This document shows positions 20,621-31,612 of a stretch of DNA of 64,000 bases, one piece after another. The stretch comes from an uncultured Gemmatimonadaceae bacterium (GTDB lineage Bacteria; Gemmatimonadota; Gemmatimonadetes; Gemmatimonadales; Gemmatimonadaceae): assembly GCA_963822945.1 (NCBI GenBank), contig CAWGJO010000041.1:1-64000 (forward strand), written 5' to 3'. How positions within the stretch are numbered: the stretch's first letter is position 1; every line of letters begins with the position of its first letter. The notes beneath the pieces were generated by a model. It had not been told where the DNA came from, did not search any database, and saw nothing but the letters and a program-made list of their open reading frames with translations. A program made the position numbers and the translations under genes.

Positions 20621-23600
20621 ATGCCGATCGCCACCTTCCGTCGTCCCTCCGCCCTCGCGCTCGTTGCAGCGCTCGGCGCCCTTGCCGCGCCCGCTGCCGC
20701 GCAGCGTCCCGCGCCTGCCACCATGGCGACCCAGCCATCGCCGGACCTCAAGCTGCCGCGGTTCGGCACCGTCGCACCGCGCGACGCGCTGCGGCTGGGG
20801 CCGAATCTGGCCAAGGATCCCACGCTCTACGTGGTGGGGTATGCGCACCTGGATACCGAGTGGCGGTGGGAGTATCCGCAGGTGATCGACGAATTCCTGC
20901 CCAAGACCATGCACGACAACTTCGCGCTGTTCGCGAAGTATCCGCACTACATCTTCAACTTCAGCGGCGCCAACCGCTACCGGATGATGAAGGAGTACTG
21001 GCCCCTCGATTACGCGCGGCTGAAGAATTACGTCGCGCAGGGGCGGTGGTTTCCGGCCGGTTCGTCCATGGAGGAGGGCGACGTGAACGCCCCGTCGGCC
21101 GAGGCGATCCTGCGCCAGGTGCTGTACGGCAACGAGTTCTTCCGCAAGGAATTCGGCGTGGCGAGCGAGGAGTACATGCTCCCCGACTGCTTCGGTTTCC
21201 CCTGGTCGCTGCCCACGATTCTCGCCCATGCCGGCATCAAGGGATTCTCCACGCAGAAGCTCACCTGGGGCTCGTCGGTGCCCGACCAGCCGAGCACACC
21301 GGTGGGCATGAAGGGCAAGGGTGTGCCGTTCAACGTCGGCCGGTGGATCGGACCCGACGGCAAGGCGGTGATCGCCGCGCTCAACCCCGGCAGCTACAGC
21401 GGCGGCGTGAGCGACAATCTCAGTACCGACACCACGTGGATCAACCGCGTGAACCGCGACGGCGAGAAGTACGGGGTGTACGCCGACTACCACTACTATG
21501 GCACGGGCGACACGGGCGGCGCGCCGCGCGAGAGTTCCGTGGCCGAGGTGGAGAAGAGCGTCACCAGCCACGGCCCCCTCGACGTCATCTCCGCGACCGC
21601 CGACCAGATGTTCAAGGACATCACGCCGTCGGAGGCGGAGGGACTGCCCAGCTACTCGGGCGAGATGGAATTGCAGAACCACTCCGCCGGGTCGTTGACC
21701 TCGCAGGCGTACCAGAAGCGGTGGATTCGCCAGGAGGAGTTGCTCGCCGACGGGGCGGAGAAGGCGTCGGTGGCCGCGTCGTGGCTGGGGAGCCGCGCGT
21801 ATCCGATGGAGCGGCTGAACGGCGCGTGGACGCTGGCCATGGCGGCGCACTTCCACGATCTGGCGGCAGGCACGGCCACACCGCGCGCCTACGAGTTCGC
21901 ATGGAACGACGACGTGCTGGGCATGAACCAGTTCGCGAGCGTGCTCACCGACGCGAGCCAGGCGGTGGCGTCGGCCATGAACACGGAGGGGAAAGGCACG
22001 CCGCTGGTGGTGTACAACGCCCTCAACGTGCCGCGGCAGGATGTAGTGGAAGCCGCGGTTCCGTTCCGGCGGGCGCCGCGCGGCGTCACCGTGGTCGGGC
22101 CGGACGGCCAGCCTGTGCCCGCGCAACTCGATTCGTGGAGCGACGGCGTGGCGCACATTCTGTTCGTGGCGAGCGCGCCCGTCAGTTGGCTACGCGGTGT
22201 ACGACGTGCGTCCGTCGAACGGACACGCCGCTCCGTCTTCCCTCAAGGTCACCGGCGCGCACGCTGGAGAACGCCGACTATCGCGTGACCCTGAACGACG
22301 CCGGCGACGTGTCGAGCATCTTCGACAAGACACTCAACAAGGAGCTGCTGTCGGCGCCCATCCGACTGGCGCTGCTGACCGACACGCCCACCCAGTGGCC
22401 GGCGTGGAACATGGACTTCGACGACGAGCAGGCGGCGCCGCGCACGTACGTGGGGGCGCAGGGTCCGGCGGAGATCCATGTGACCGAGAAGGGACCGGTG
22501 CGCGTCTCGATCACCGTGTCGCGCACGGTGGACAGTTCGAAGTTCGTGCAGACCATCAGTCTCTCGGCCGGCGACGCCGGCAGGCGCGTGGAGTTCCACA
22601 ACGCCATCGACTGGCACATGCCGGCCACGATGCTCAAGGTCACCTTCCCGTTCACGGCGTCCGACAGCCTGGCCACGTACAACTGGGACGTGGGCACCAT
22701 CCAGCGCGGCAACGCCTATCCGCGCAAGTTCGAGGTGCCGTCGCACCAGTGGATCGACCTCACCGACCATAGCGGCGCGTACGGGGTCACGGTGCTCACC
22801 GACGACAAGAACGGTTCCGACAAGCCCAACGACAACACCATCCGGCTCACGCTGCTGCGCACGCCGGGGCTGAGCCCGCAGGGATATTCGTATTCCGACC
22901 AGGCGTCGCAGGACTTCGGCCACCACGAGTTCGTGTACGGACTGGCGGGCCACGCGGGCGATTGGCGGTCGGCGCAGACCGACTGGACCGGCTACGAATT
23001 GAACGATCCGATGCGCGTGTTCACCACCGGCAAGCACGCGGGAGCGCTCGGACGGAGCTGGTCGCTGCTGCACCTGAACGACAGCCGCGTGCGCGTGATG
23101 GCGCTCAAGCGGGCCGAGGCGAGCGACGAGTACATCGTCCGGATCACGGAGATGAGCGGCCGGGCGCAGCCCGACGTGCGGCTCACCTTCGCCGCGCCGG
23201 TGACGGCCGCGCGCGAAGTGAACGGACAGGAGCAGCCGCTCGGCCCGGCGACCATCGACAATGGATCGCTGGTCACGTCGCTCACGCCGTACACCATCCG
23301 CAGCTTCGCGGTGAAGCTCGCCGCCACGCCCGAAGCGCAGGCGGCGCCGACGTCCCAGGCGGTGGCACTGGACTACGACCGCGCCGTGGCGAGCAACGAC
23401 GGGACACATTCGGTGAGCGGGTTCAACGCGGCCGGCGAAGCGCTGCCGGCGGAGATGCTGCCCGACACGATCACGTATGACGGCATCGCCTTCCAGTTGG
23501 CGCCGGCGGCCAGCGGTCTGCCGAACGCGGTCACGGCGCACGGGCAGCGCATCCGCCTGCCGTCGGGTCACTTCAACCGCGTGTATCTGCTGGCGGCGTC

Positions 23601-24180
23601 CGACACCGGTGACCGCACGGACGCCTTCGCCGTGGGACGCGAGCGCACGAAGCTCGACATCGAGGCCTGGGACGGATTCATCGGCCAGTGGTACGACCGC
23701 ACCTTCAAGCAGGTACCGGCGCCGCCGCCGACTCCCGAGCAGCAGGCGGCGCAGGAACGGCGGATCGCGCAGTACCGGGCGCGCGCCGATTCCACGTTCC
23801 ACGCGCGGCTCGACTCCGCACGCGCCGCGGGTGGCGACACGCTCGCGCTCATCACGGCGTACCGGGAGCAACAGGCGCGCCGCGCCCGCGGTTTCCGGCA
23901 GCGGATGCTCGAGGTGATGGACGGGCTCACCCCCGGATTCATCAAACGTGCGCCGGTGGCGTGGTTCGCGTCGCACAAGCACACGCCCGACGGAAAGAAC
24001 GAGGCGTACGCATACTCGTACCTGTTCGCATACGGGTTGGACGTGCCGGCCGGCGCGACGACGCTCACGCTGCCCAACGATCCGCACGTGCGCATCCTGG
24101 CGGTGACCGTCGCCAATCAGGCGCCGGCGCTCGTACCCGCGCACCCGCTGTACGACACGTTGAAGCCCGGAAGCCGGTAG
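20621..24180 (+). CDS. Exported alpha-mannosidase, GH38 (apparent frameshifts at about 22180 and 22254)
   Basis: YAHLDTEWRW, LPDCFGF, HFHDLAAG in ORF 20621..22288; continues as LENADYRV..FEVPSHQWIDL..IRLTLLRTP in the frame ending at 24180. Confidence 0.9.
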
Positions 24181-25403
24181 TGCGCGTCGACGGCGCCCGA
24201 TTGCAGGAGCGCATGACGGCGTTGTCGCGCATCGGCCGCGATCCACGCGGCGGCGTCTCGCGGCTGGCGTACGGCGACGCCGACCGCGAGGCGCGCGCCC
24301 TGGTGACCACGTGGATGCGCGAGGCGGGGCTCGAACCGAGCGTCGACCTGGCCGGGAACATCATCGGACGCCGCGCGGGCAGCGAGCCGAAGCTGGCGCC
24401 GCTGCTGTTCGGTTCACATGTGGACTCGGTGCCCAACGGGGGCGACTTCGATGGCCCGCTGGGCACGCTGGCCGCCATCGAGGCCGCGCACACGCTGGCC
24501 GATCAGGCGGTGACGACGCGGCATCCCATCGAGGTCGTCGTCTGGTCGAACGAGGAGGGTGGACTGTACGGCAGTCGGGCCGTGGGCGGCCAGCTACCCG
24601 ACGCCGAGCTGCAGAACGTATCGGCGAGCGGGAAGGTGGTGTCGGAGGGGATCCGGTTCATCGGCGGCGATCCGTCGCGGCTCGCCGAGGCGCGGCGCGG
24701 GCCGGGCAGCATCGCCGGCTACTTCGAGCTGCACATCGAGCAGGGGCAGGTGCTCGAACGCGCGGGCACCGATATCGGGATCGTGCTCGGGATCGTCGCC
24801 ATCTACCAGTGGGACGTGACGGTGACCGGCGAGACCAACCACTCGGGCACCACGCCCATGGACCGGCGGCGGGACGCCCTGCTGGCCGCGGCGCGGTTCG
24901 TCGAAGCGGTGCATCGGGTGGTGACGGAGGAACCGGGGCTGCATGTCGGCACGGTGGGCCGGCTCGAGGTGAGCCCGGGGGCGCCGAACGCGATCGCCGG
25001 CCGCGTGGACTGTTCGCTCGAACTGCGCGACCTCGAGACGGCCGTGATCGATCGACTGTTCGCGCGCATCGAGGCCGACGCCCACCGCATCGGCCAGGAC
25101 ACCGGCACCTCGTTCGCGTTCAGCGGCCGGATCGCCACGACGCCGGCACCCAGCGACCCGCGCGTGCGGGCCGCGATTGCCGAGGCGGCGGCGTCGCTCG
25201 GATGCTCGGCGGTGGAGATGCCGAGTGGCGCGGGCCATGACGCGCAGTCCATGGCGCCGCTGGGTCCTATCGGGATGATCTTCATTCCGAGTGTGGGCGG
25301 GGTGAGCCACTCGCCCGAGGAGTACTCCACGCCCGAAGCGGTGCTGAACGGCGCCAACGTGCTGCTCAACGCCGTGCTCGCGGCTGACCGGGATCTGCCG
25401 TAA
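24180..25403 (+). CDS. M20 Zn-dependent amidohydrolase (N-carbamoyl-amino acid/allantoate amidohydrolase family)
   Basis: GTG overlapping upstream TAG; GSHVDSVPNGGDFDG, NEEG, ELHIEQG, HSGTTPM..RRDAL, SGAGHDAQ, SHSPEE. Confidence 0.92.
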   Translation: MRVDGARLQERMTALSRIGRDPRGGVSRLAYGDADREARALVTTWMREAGLEPSVDLAGNIIGRRAGSEPKLAPLLFGSHVDSVPNGGDFDGPLGTLAAIEAAHTLADQAVTTRHPIEVVVWSNEEGGLYGSRAVGGQLPDAELQNVSASGKVVSEGIRFIGGDPSRLAEARRGPGSIAGYFELHIEQGQVLERAGTDIGIVLGIVAIYQWDVTVTGETNHSGTTPMDRRRDALLAAARFVEAVHRVVTEEPGLHVGTVGRLEVSPGAPNAIAGRVDCSLELRDLETAVIDRLFARIEADAHRIGQDTGTSFAFSGRIATTPAPSDPRVRAAIAEAAASLGCSAVEMPSGAGHDAQSMAPLGPIGMIFIPSVGGVSHSPEEYSTPEAVLNGANVLLNAVLAADRDLP

Positions 25404-25556
25404 GCGAGCCGGGCCATCCGGTGCGCCGGGTATTGCCGAGTGGCCTTCGGCGCGGGAAATTCCGGTCCGCTCGGGGATCGATTCCTGGTTCCGCCGGGTT
25501 CATTGACGACCGCCGGCGCTGCCGGCCCGCCCCTCCACCTCCTGCCCGCGACCGCC

Positions 25557-26018
25557 ATGACACTCCGCTCACTCGTCCGGATCGTTGCCGTCCCTGCCGC
25601 TGCCCTCTCGTTGTTCGCGTGCGGTGGCTCGCAGAGTATGCCTGCCGGCCAGGGGCCCGCTCCCGCCGGGTCGGCGGACATGGCCGCATCGTCGGCGTCG
25701 GGACTGCCGGCCGGTGTGACGGCGCAGATGGTCGCCGCCGGCGACTCGTTGTTCAACGCGCCGAAGAGCTGCAACGGCTGCCACGGCAAGGGCGGGGTGG
25801 ACGGGCGCAACGGCCCGAATCTCACCACGGGCAAGTACGAGCACATCGACGGCAGCTACGCCTCCATCGTGCACATCGTGACCGAGGGGATTCCGAAGGA
25901 CTCCATCAAGCATCCGGAGCATCGCTTCCCGATGCGGCCGCGCGGTGGGCACGATTACAGTGACGAGCAGATCCGGAATCTGGCCGCGTATGTGTGGACG
26001 CTGGGGCACGAGCACTAA
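25557..26018 (+). CDS. Monoheme cytochrome c lipoprotein
   Basis: Lipobox LFAC; CNGCH heme motif; GPNL; distal Met in FPMRPRGG; DEQIRNLAAYV. Confidence 0.88.
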   Translation: MTLRSLVRIVAVPAAALSLFACGGSQSMPAGQGPAPAGSADMAASSASGLPAGVTAQMVAAGDSLFNAPKSCNGCHGKGGVDGRNGPNLTTGKYEHIDGSYASIVHIVTEGIPKDSIKHPEHRFPMRPRGGHDYSDEQIRNLAAYVWTLGHEH

Positions 26019-26039
26019 CAGCCTGTTCCCATCGACTAC

Positions 26040-26081
26040 AGACACTGTCGACTGATAGCTGTTGACTGAACACTCACAGCT
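26040..26081. repeat. Degenerate heptamer tandem repeat
   Basis: AGACACT GTCGACT GATAGCT GTTGACT GAACACT CACAGCT, between convergent genes. Confidence 0.6.
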
Positions 26082-26099
26082 TGTCGTGTTGTCCGCCGT

Positions 26100-27008
26100 T
26101 CAGATCTCGATGGTCCCCTCGCACACCACCACGCTCTTTCCGCCCACTCGAACGCCGGTGATCTCGCCGGCGTTCTTGTCGGTCTCCACCTCGAGAATGC
26201 TCGGGCGTCCCATCTCGAACCCCTGCTCCACCACCCAGCGGAGCGTCCCGTCCCGGCGCGCATCGCGCGATGCCAGATAGCCGCCGAAGGCGGCGCAGGC
26301 GCTGCCGGTGGCCGGGTCCTCGAGCACGTTGAGGCCGGGCGCGAACATGCGGGCGCGCACGTCGGACCCGGGGCGCTCCGGGTCGAGTGCGAAGACGAAG
26401 ACCTCGCGGGTCCAGTAGTCGCGCAGCACGCGCTCCCAGACGTCCATCTTGATCCGGGCCCGCCCGACGGCGGCGCGGTCGCGCAGTGGGACGAAGAGGA
26501 AGGGAAGCCCGCACGACACCGACTGTGGGGCGTACTCGCCATCGGTCAGGTCATCGGTCTGCAACGAGAGCATCTCGGCGAGCGCCGCACGCGACGGCGG
26601 AGGCGCGCCGAACTCGGGGAGCTTGGCCACCGATAGCTGGGAGAAGGTGGGCAATCCATCCTTCTCGTGCACGGCCACCGGCACCGGGCCCACGCCCTCT
26701 TCGAACACCACGCGCGTCACCGGTCCCGTGAGCAGGATCTCCTTCAGGTGGGCGAGTACATGCGCCGTGCCCACCGTCGGGTGGCCGGCAAAGGGCATCT
26801 CGCGCTCGGGCGTGAAGATCCGCACGCGCCGCGTGTGCTTGGGGTCGCTCGGCGGGAGCACGAACGTGGTCTCCGAGTAGTTGAACTCCCGCGTGATGGG
26901 GAGCATCAGTTCGTCGGGGATCTCGCGGGCGTCGGGGAACACGGCGAGCTGGTTGCCGCCGAAGCGGCGGTCGGTGAAGACGTCGGCGGTGACGTAGCGG
27001 ACGCGCAT
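26100..27008 (-). CDS. PhzF family epimerase/isomerase
   Basis: DVFTDRRFGGNQLAV, NYSETTF, RIFTP..EMPFAGHPT, EDPATGSA, QGFEMGRPS; start ATG 27008. Confidence 0.93.
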   Translation of the reverse strand: MRVRYVTADVFTDRRFGGNQLAVFPDAREIPDELMLPITREFNYSETTFVLPPSDPKHTRRVRIFTPEREMPFAGHPTVGTAHVLAHLKEILLTGPVTRVVFEEGVGPVPVAVHEKDGLPTFSQLSVAKLPEFGAPPPSRAALAEMLSLQTDDLTDGEYAPQSVSCGLPFLFVPLRDRAAVGRARIKMDVWERVLRDYWTREVFVFALDPERPGSDVRARMFAPGLNVLEDPATGSACAAFGGYLASRDARRDGTLRWVVEQGFEMGRPSILEVETDKNAGEITGVRVGGKSVVVCEGTIEI

Positions 27009-27109
27009 GGTCGGCGGTCGGGTGAAGGGAGAGATCGGCGCGGGTACGGACGGGCCGCACCCGGAATCGGGAATATAGGCCCGCCTCCGCAGGCCGCATC
27101 GTGCCGCCG

Positions 27110-28093
27110 CTACGGAATGTCCCCACCCATGATCGTCGCCAGTTTGCGGCTGTCGATGTTCCCGCCCGACACCACGCATGCCACGCGTTCCGCGCCGAGG
27201 TCGTGCGCGAGCGCCGCCGCCACGGGCGCCGCGCCGGCGCCTTCGGCGATCACCCGTGTGCGCTCGGCGAGCAGCCGCACCGCGTCGGCCACCTGGCGCA
27301 CCGACACCACGATCGACCCGGCCAGCACCGATCGCGCCAGCGGCCAGAGTTGGTCGAGCACCGTCTTGCCGCCGATGCCGTCGATGAACGTGGGGGTATA
27401 CGCCACCTGCACGGGCTTGCCCGCGGCGAGCGACGCCGCGAAGGGCGCCGCCGTCTCCACCTCGCAGGCGTAGACCTTCACGCCGGGGCGCAGGGCCCGT
27501 GCCGCGCAGGCAATGCCGCACGCGAGCCCCCCGCTGCCGTAGGGGACGAGAATGGCGTCCACGTCGGGAAGATCCTCGACGATCTCCATGCCGATGGTGG
27601 CATTGCCGGCGATCACGGTCGGGTCGGCCCCGGGGTGGATGAACGTGCCCCGTTCCCCCGGCACCTCGAAGTCCGTGATCGCCCGCCACCAGTCGGCAAA
27701 GGGCACGAGCGAGATCTCGGCGCCGAGCCGCCGGATGGCGTCGAGCTTGGTCTGCGGGGTATGATCAGGGGCGACGACGCGGCAGGGTACGTCCAGTTCG
27801 CGCGCCGCCCAGGCGAGCCCCTGCGCCATGTTGCCCGCGCTGGCGGTGTAAACCCCTTCCCTGAGCCGTTCGGGAGCGAGCACACGCATGGCGTTGAGCG
27901 CGCCCCGCAGCTTGAACGACCCGATGGGCTGAAGTGTCTCGAGCTTCAGATAGATTGCGGAAGGGGCATCGACGTGAAGGCGCACCAGCGGCGTACGCAC
28001 CGTGGTGCCGGCGATGCGAGACCGCGCGGCCCGGACGTCGTCCAGGGCGATCGGTGTGAGGGGCGGGCGGGGATCGGGTTGGGGTTGGGACAC
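27110..28093 (-). CDS. PLP-dependent serine/threonine dehydratase family enzyme (no ACT domain)
   Basis: RTPL, LKLETLQPIGSFKLRG, ASAGN, VPYGSGGL, VVSGGNID; GGAG RBS. Confidence 0.9.
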   Translation of the reverse strand: MSQPQPDPRPPLTPIALDDVRAARSRIAGTTVRTPLVRLHVDAPSAIYLKLETLQPIGSFKLRGALNAMRVLAPERLREGVYTASAGNMAQGLAWAARELDVPCRVVAPDHTPQTKLDAIRRLGAEISLVPFADWWRAITDFEVPGERGTFIHPGADPTVIAGNATIGMEIVEDLPDVDAILVPYGSGGLACGIACAARALRPGVKVYACEVETAAPFAASLAAGKPVQVAYTPTFIDGIGGKTVLDQLWPLARSVLAGSIVVSVRQVADAVRLLAERTRVIAEGAGAAPVAAALAHDLGAERVACVVSGGNIDSRKLATIMGGDIP

Positions 28094-28247
28094 GTAGGCA
28101 CTCCGGGGCGGCCTGGGGTGACGAACGTAAACGTTCTGTGATTCCTGTCCTGGGGCTCAACGGACGAGCCCCCGGAAGTGTACTAGATAGAGGGGCCGGC
28201 GGGCGGCGCAGGCAAGCCGAGCGCACCGCTGGCCCCACCCCCCATCG

Positions 28248-30581
28248 ATGTCCTCCGCGCTCAACGCGCTGTTCGCGTTTCTGTTCAAGTACCGCCCCTC
28301 GGTCTTCCAGCAGGGAGACCTGGCCTTCGGCGCGCCCGTGTCGGTCATCGTGCTGGCCGCCATCGGGCTCGTGGTGGCCGTTGCCGCGGCACTGACGTAC
28401 GGCCGCGTGCGCGCCCGGAGCACCCGACGCGACCGTTGGGTGCTCACGACGCTGCGTGTGGCGGCGCTCGCCGTGCTGCTGGCCTGTCTGTTCCGCCCCA
28501 TGCTGCTCCTGTCCGAAGCCGTGCCACAGCGGAACTTCGTGGGCGTGCTGATCGACGATTCGCGCAGCATGCAGATTGCCGATCGGGGCGGCAGGGAGCG
28601 CGCGGATTTCGTGCGTGCGCAGATCGCGGCCTCGCACCCCGCGCTGCTCGATGCGCTGCGCAGCCGGTTCCAGGTGCGGCTGTTCAGTTTCGGCGCCACC
28701 ACGCAGCGGCTGGACAGCGCGGGTGGGCTAGCCTACGACGAGCGCGAGACCAGGCTCGGAACGGGCATCGAGAGCGCGCGGCGGGAGCTCGAGTCGGTGC
28801 CGCTGTCCGGACTCGTGGTGCTCACCGACGGGGCCGACAACGCCAACACGCCGCTGGCCGACGAACTGCTCCGCCTCCGGGCCCGCCAGGTGCCGGTATT
28901 CACGGTAGGGCTCGGCGCTCCGCAGTTCGACCACGACATCGAGATCGCGCGCGTGGAAACGCCGCACGCCGTGCTCCAGCACAGCACGCTGATGGCGGCC
29001 GTACTCGTGCGGCAGCGGGGCTACGCCGGCAAGCGCGTGCCGCTCATCATCGAGGACGCCGGACAGATCGTGGCCCGAACCGAGGTGACGCTCCCCGCCG
29101 ACGGCGACGTGGCGCCGCTCACCGTGCACGCGCTCCTGGACCATGCGGGGCCGCGGACGCTCACCTTCCGCATTCCGGCGCAGGCGGGGGAGCAGGTGAC
29201 GCAGAACAACACCGGCACGGCGCTCGTGGACGTGCAGGCGGCGCGGGAGAAGATTCTCTACGTGGAGGGCGAGCCGCGCTACGAAGTGCGCTTCGTGCGC
29301 GCCGCCGTGGAGGCCGACTCCAGCCTCCAGCTCGTGGTGCTCCAGCGCACGGCCGCCAACAAGTTCCTGCGGCTCAACGTGGACGGGCCGAACGAATTGG
29401 CGAGCGGCTTTCCGACCACGCGCGCCGAGCTGTTCCGGTACAAGGCGGTGATTCTGGGGAGCATCGAGGCCAGCTTCTTCTCGCACGACCAGATGCAGAT
29501 GCTGGCCGACTTCGTGAACGTTCGCGGGGGCGGGCTCCTGTTTCTCGGAGGGCGCCGCGCGTTCGCGGAGGGCGGGTACACGGACACGCCGCTGGCCGAC
29601 GTGATGCCGGTGGCCATCGCCGGCCCCGCGGTGCCCGACTCGCTGGGCTTCCTGGCCGACCTCCAGGTGAAGCTCACGCCCACCGGGATGACCGACGCCA
29701 TCACGCAACTCGGCGGCGCCGACTCCACGTCGGCCAAGCGCTGGAGCACGCTGCCCATCGTCACCTCGGTGAATCGCATCCGGGGGGTGAAGCCGGGGGC
29801 GGTGACGCTGGTGGAAGGTCTCGTGCCCGCGGGCGGGCGCGCCGGCACGGCCGGCCAGGCGCTGAGCAACTACACGCAGCCCGTACTCGCCTTCCAGCAC
29901 TACGGGCGCGGCGTGGCCTACGCGCTGCCAGTGCAGGACACCTGGCAGTGGCAGATGGACCCCAGCATGCCGGTGGGCGATCCGACGTTCAGCACCTTCT
30001 GGCGACAACTGCTGCGCCAATTGACGACGGGCGTTCCGGGGCGGGTGACCGTGACCGTGGCCGCCGACCAGGTGAACCCGGGTACGCCCGTGCAGCTCGA
30101 GGCCAACGTGGTGGACAGCGCCTATGTCGAAGCCAACGACGCCCGCGTGATCGCGCACGTGACGGAGCCGAGCGGCGCGACCCGTGACGTGCCCTTCGAG
30201 TGGACGGTGAACCAGGACGGCGTCTACCGCGCCACGTTCACGCCGGACGAGCAGGGGTTGCTGCGGATCCGGGTGGAGGCGACGCGCGGCGGCGCCAACC
30301 CGGCGTTCGACTCGACGTTCGTGCGCGTGGCCGACCTCAACACCGAGTTCGTGAACGCGGAGATGCGGTCCGATCTGCTCCAGCGCATCGCCACCGAGAC
30401 CGGCGGCAAGTTCTACACGCCGGCCGACGTCTCCACCCTGCCGCAGGATCTGGCGATGACCAAGCGGGGCGTCACCGTGGTGAACCAGATGGACCTGTGG
30501 GACATGCCCATCAACTTCCTGCTCCTGGTGCTGGTGGTGTCGGCGGAGTGGGTGTATCGCCGGGCGCGGGGGCTCGCATGA
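28248..30581 (+). CDS. Membrane protein with vWA (MIDAS) and GATase1-like domains
   Basis: N-terminal TM helices; IDDSRSM and VLTDG; KILYVEGEPRYE; LADFV..GGGLLFLGG; YGRG..DTWQW; LQRIATETGGKF; C-terminal TM EWVYRR. Confidence 0.8.
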   Translation: MSSALNALFAFLFKYRPSVFQQGDLAFGAPVSVIVLAAIGLVVAVAAALTYGRVRARSTRRDRWVLTTLRVAALAVLLACLFRPMLLLSEAVPQRNFVGVLIDDSRSMQIADRGGRERADFVRAQIAASHPALLDALRSRFQVRLFSFGATTQRLDSAGGLAYDERETRLGTGIESARRELESVPLSGLVVLTDGADNANTPLADELLRLRARQVPVFTVGLGAPQFDHDIEIARVETPHAVLQHSTLMAAVLVRQRGYAGKRVPLIIEDAGQIVARTEVTLPADGDVAPLTVHALLDHAGPRTLTFRIPAQAGEQVTQNNTGTALVDVQAAREKILYVEGEPRYEVRFVRAAVEADSSLQLVVLQRTAANKFLRLNVDGPNELASGFPTTRAELFRYKAVILGSIEASFFSHDQMQMLADFVNVRGGGLLFLGGRRAFAEGGYTDTPLADVMPVAIAGPAVPDSLGFLADLQVKLTPTGMTDAITQLGGADSTSAKRWSTLPIVTSVNRIRGVKPGAVTLVEGLVPAGGRAGTAGQALSNYTQPVLAFQHYGRGVAYALPVQDTWQWQMDPSMPVGDPTFSTFWRQLLRQLTTGVPGRVTVTVAADQVNPGTPVQLEANVVDSAYVEANDARVIAHVTEPSGATRDVPFEWTVNQDGVYRATFTPDEQGLLRIRVEATRGGANPAFDSTFVRVADLNTEFVNAEMRSDLLQRIATETGGKFYTPADVSTLPQDLAMTKRGVTVVNQMDLWDMPINFLLLVLVVSAEWVYRRARGLA

Positions 30582-31612
30582 GGCGCCTGGCCTTGCTGAT
30601 CGCCGTCGCCGCGGGGCTGGCCGGTGCCGCGCGGGGAGCGCGTGCGCAGACGCAGGTGCTCATCGTGAGCGGGCTCGGCGGCGAGCCCCGGTTCACCAGG
30701 GAGTTCGCCGACCTCTCACAGCGGCTGGCCGGCGCGCTGCACACGCGGTACGGCGTGCCCGACAGCGACGTGGTCTGGTTGGGCGAAGCAGCGGCGGCGA
30801 AGTCGGCGCACTTCGGCGGACTCTCCAACCGCGAGAACATCGAGGCGGCCATGCGTCGCATGGCGGCGCGGGCAAAGCCGGGCACGGAGTTCGCCCTCGT
30901 GCTCATCGGACACGGCAGCGGCTCGCAGGCCGAGAGCAAGATCAGCCTGCCGGGGCCCGATCTCACGGCGGCCGATTTCGAACGGCTGCTCGCGCCGTTC
31001 GCCAAGCAGCGCGTGGCCGTGCTCGACCTCACGAGCGCCAGCGGGGACGCGCTGCCGCTCTTCTCGGCGCCGGGCCGCGTGGTGATCACGGCGACCAAGA
31101 GTTCGTACGAGCGCAACGAATCGCACTTCGGCGGCTACTTCATCGACGCGTTGACCAAGGACGGCGCCGACGCCGACAAGGACGGGCGCGTCTCGCTGCT
31201 CGAGGCCTTCCAGTATGCCGCGCACGAAACCGAGCGGTTCTACAGCGACGACAGCCGGCTGCAGACCGAGCACGCGCAACTCGACGACGACGGCGACAAG
31301 CAGGGGACCGGAACGCCCACCGGGCGGTCGGGCGATGGGCTGCTGGCGCGCCGCTTCTTCTTCAATAGCGGCAGCGTGGCGGCAACCGTTGCCGCCAACG
31401 ATCCGCGGCTGGCGGGGCTCTACGCGCAACGGTTCGCGCTCACCGATTCGGTGGACGCACTCCGGGCGCGGAAGTCGAAGATGACGCCGGCCGCCTACGG
31501 CGCCGAACTGGAGCGGCTGCTCATCGCCCTGGCACGCACCGGGCATACGATCCGCGGCATCGAGGGACCCGCGGCGGCGAAGTCCGGCAACGGTTCAGGG
31601 GGACGGCCATGA
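30578..31612 (+). CDS. Exported caspase/legumain (clan CD)-like protein lacking the catalytic Cys
   Basis: ATGA overlap; signal peptide; LVLIGHGS, VLDLTSASG, RVVITAT, ADADKDGRVSLLEAFQYA. Confidence 0.65.
   Translation: MRRLALLIAVAAGLAGAARGARAQTQVLIVSGLGGEPRFTREFADLSQRLAGALHTRYGVPDSDVVWLGEAAAAKSAHFGGLSNRENIEAAMRRMAARAKPGTEFALVLIGHGSGSQAESKISLPGPDLTAADFERLLAPFAKQRVAVLDLTSASGDALPLFSAPGRVVITATKSSYERNESHFGGYFIDALTKDGADADKDGRVSLLEAFQYAAHETERFYSDDSRLQTEHAQLDDDGDKQGTGTPTGRSGDGLLARRFFFNSGSVAATVAANDPRLAGLYAQRFALTDSVDALRARKSKMTPAAYGAELERLLIALARTGHTIRGIEGPAAAKSGNGSGGRP

Noticed and set aside
22170..22260. GH38 split into two genes or programmed frameshift
   Set aside because: Removing two single extra bases restores a continuous ASAPSVGYAVYDV..LKVTARTLEN reading; no slippery site evident
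26100..27008. Phenazine biosynthesis cluster
   Set aside because: Lone PhzF homolog; no other phz genes
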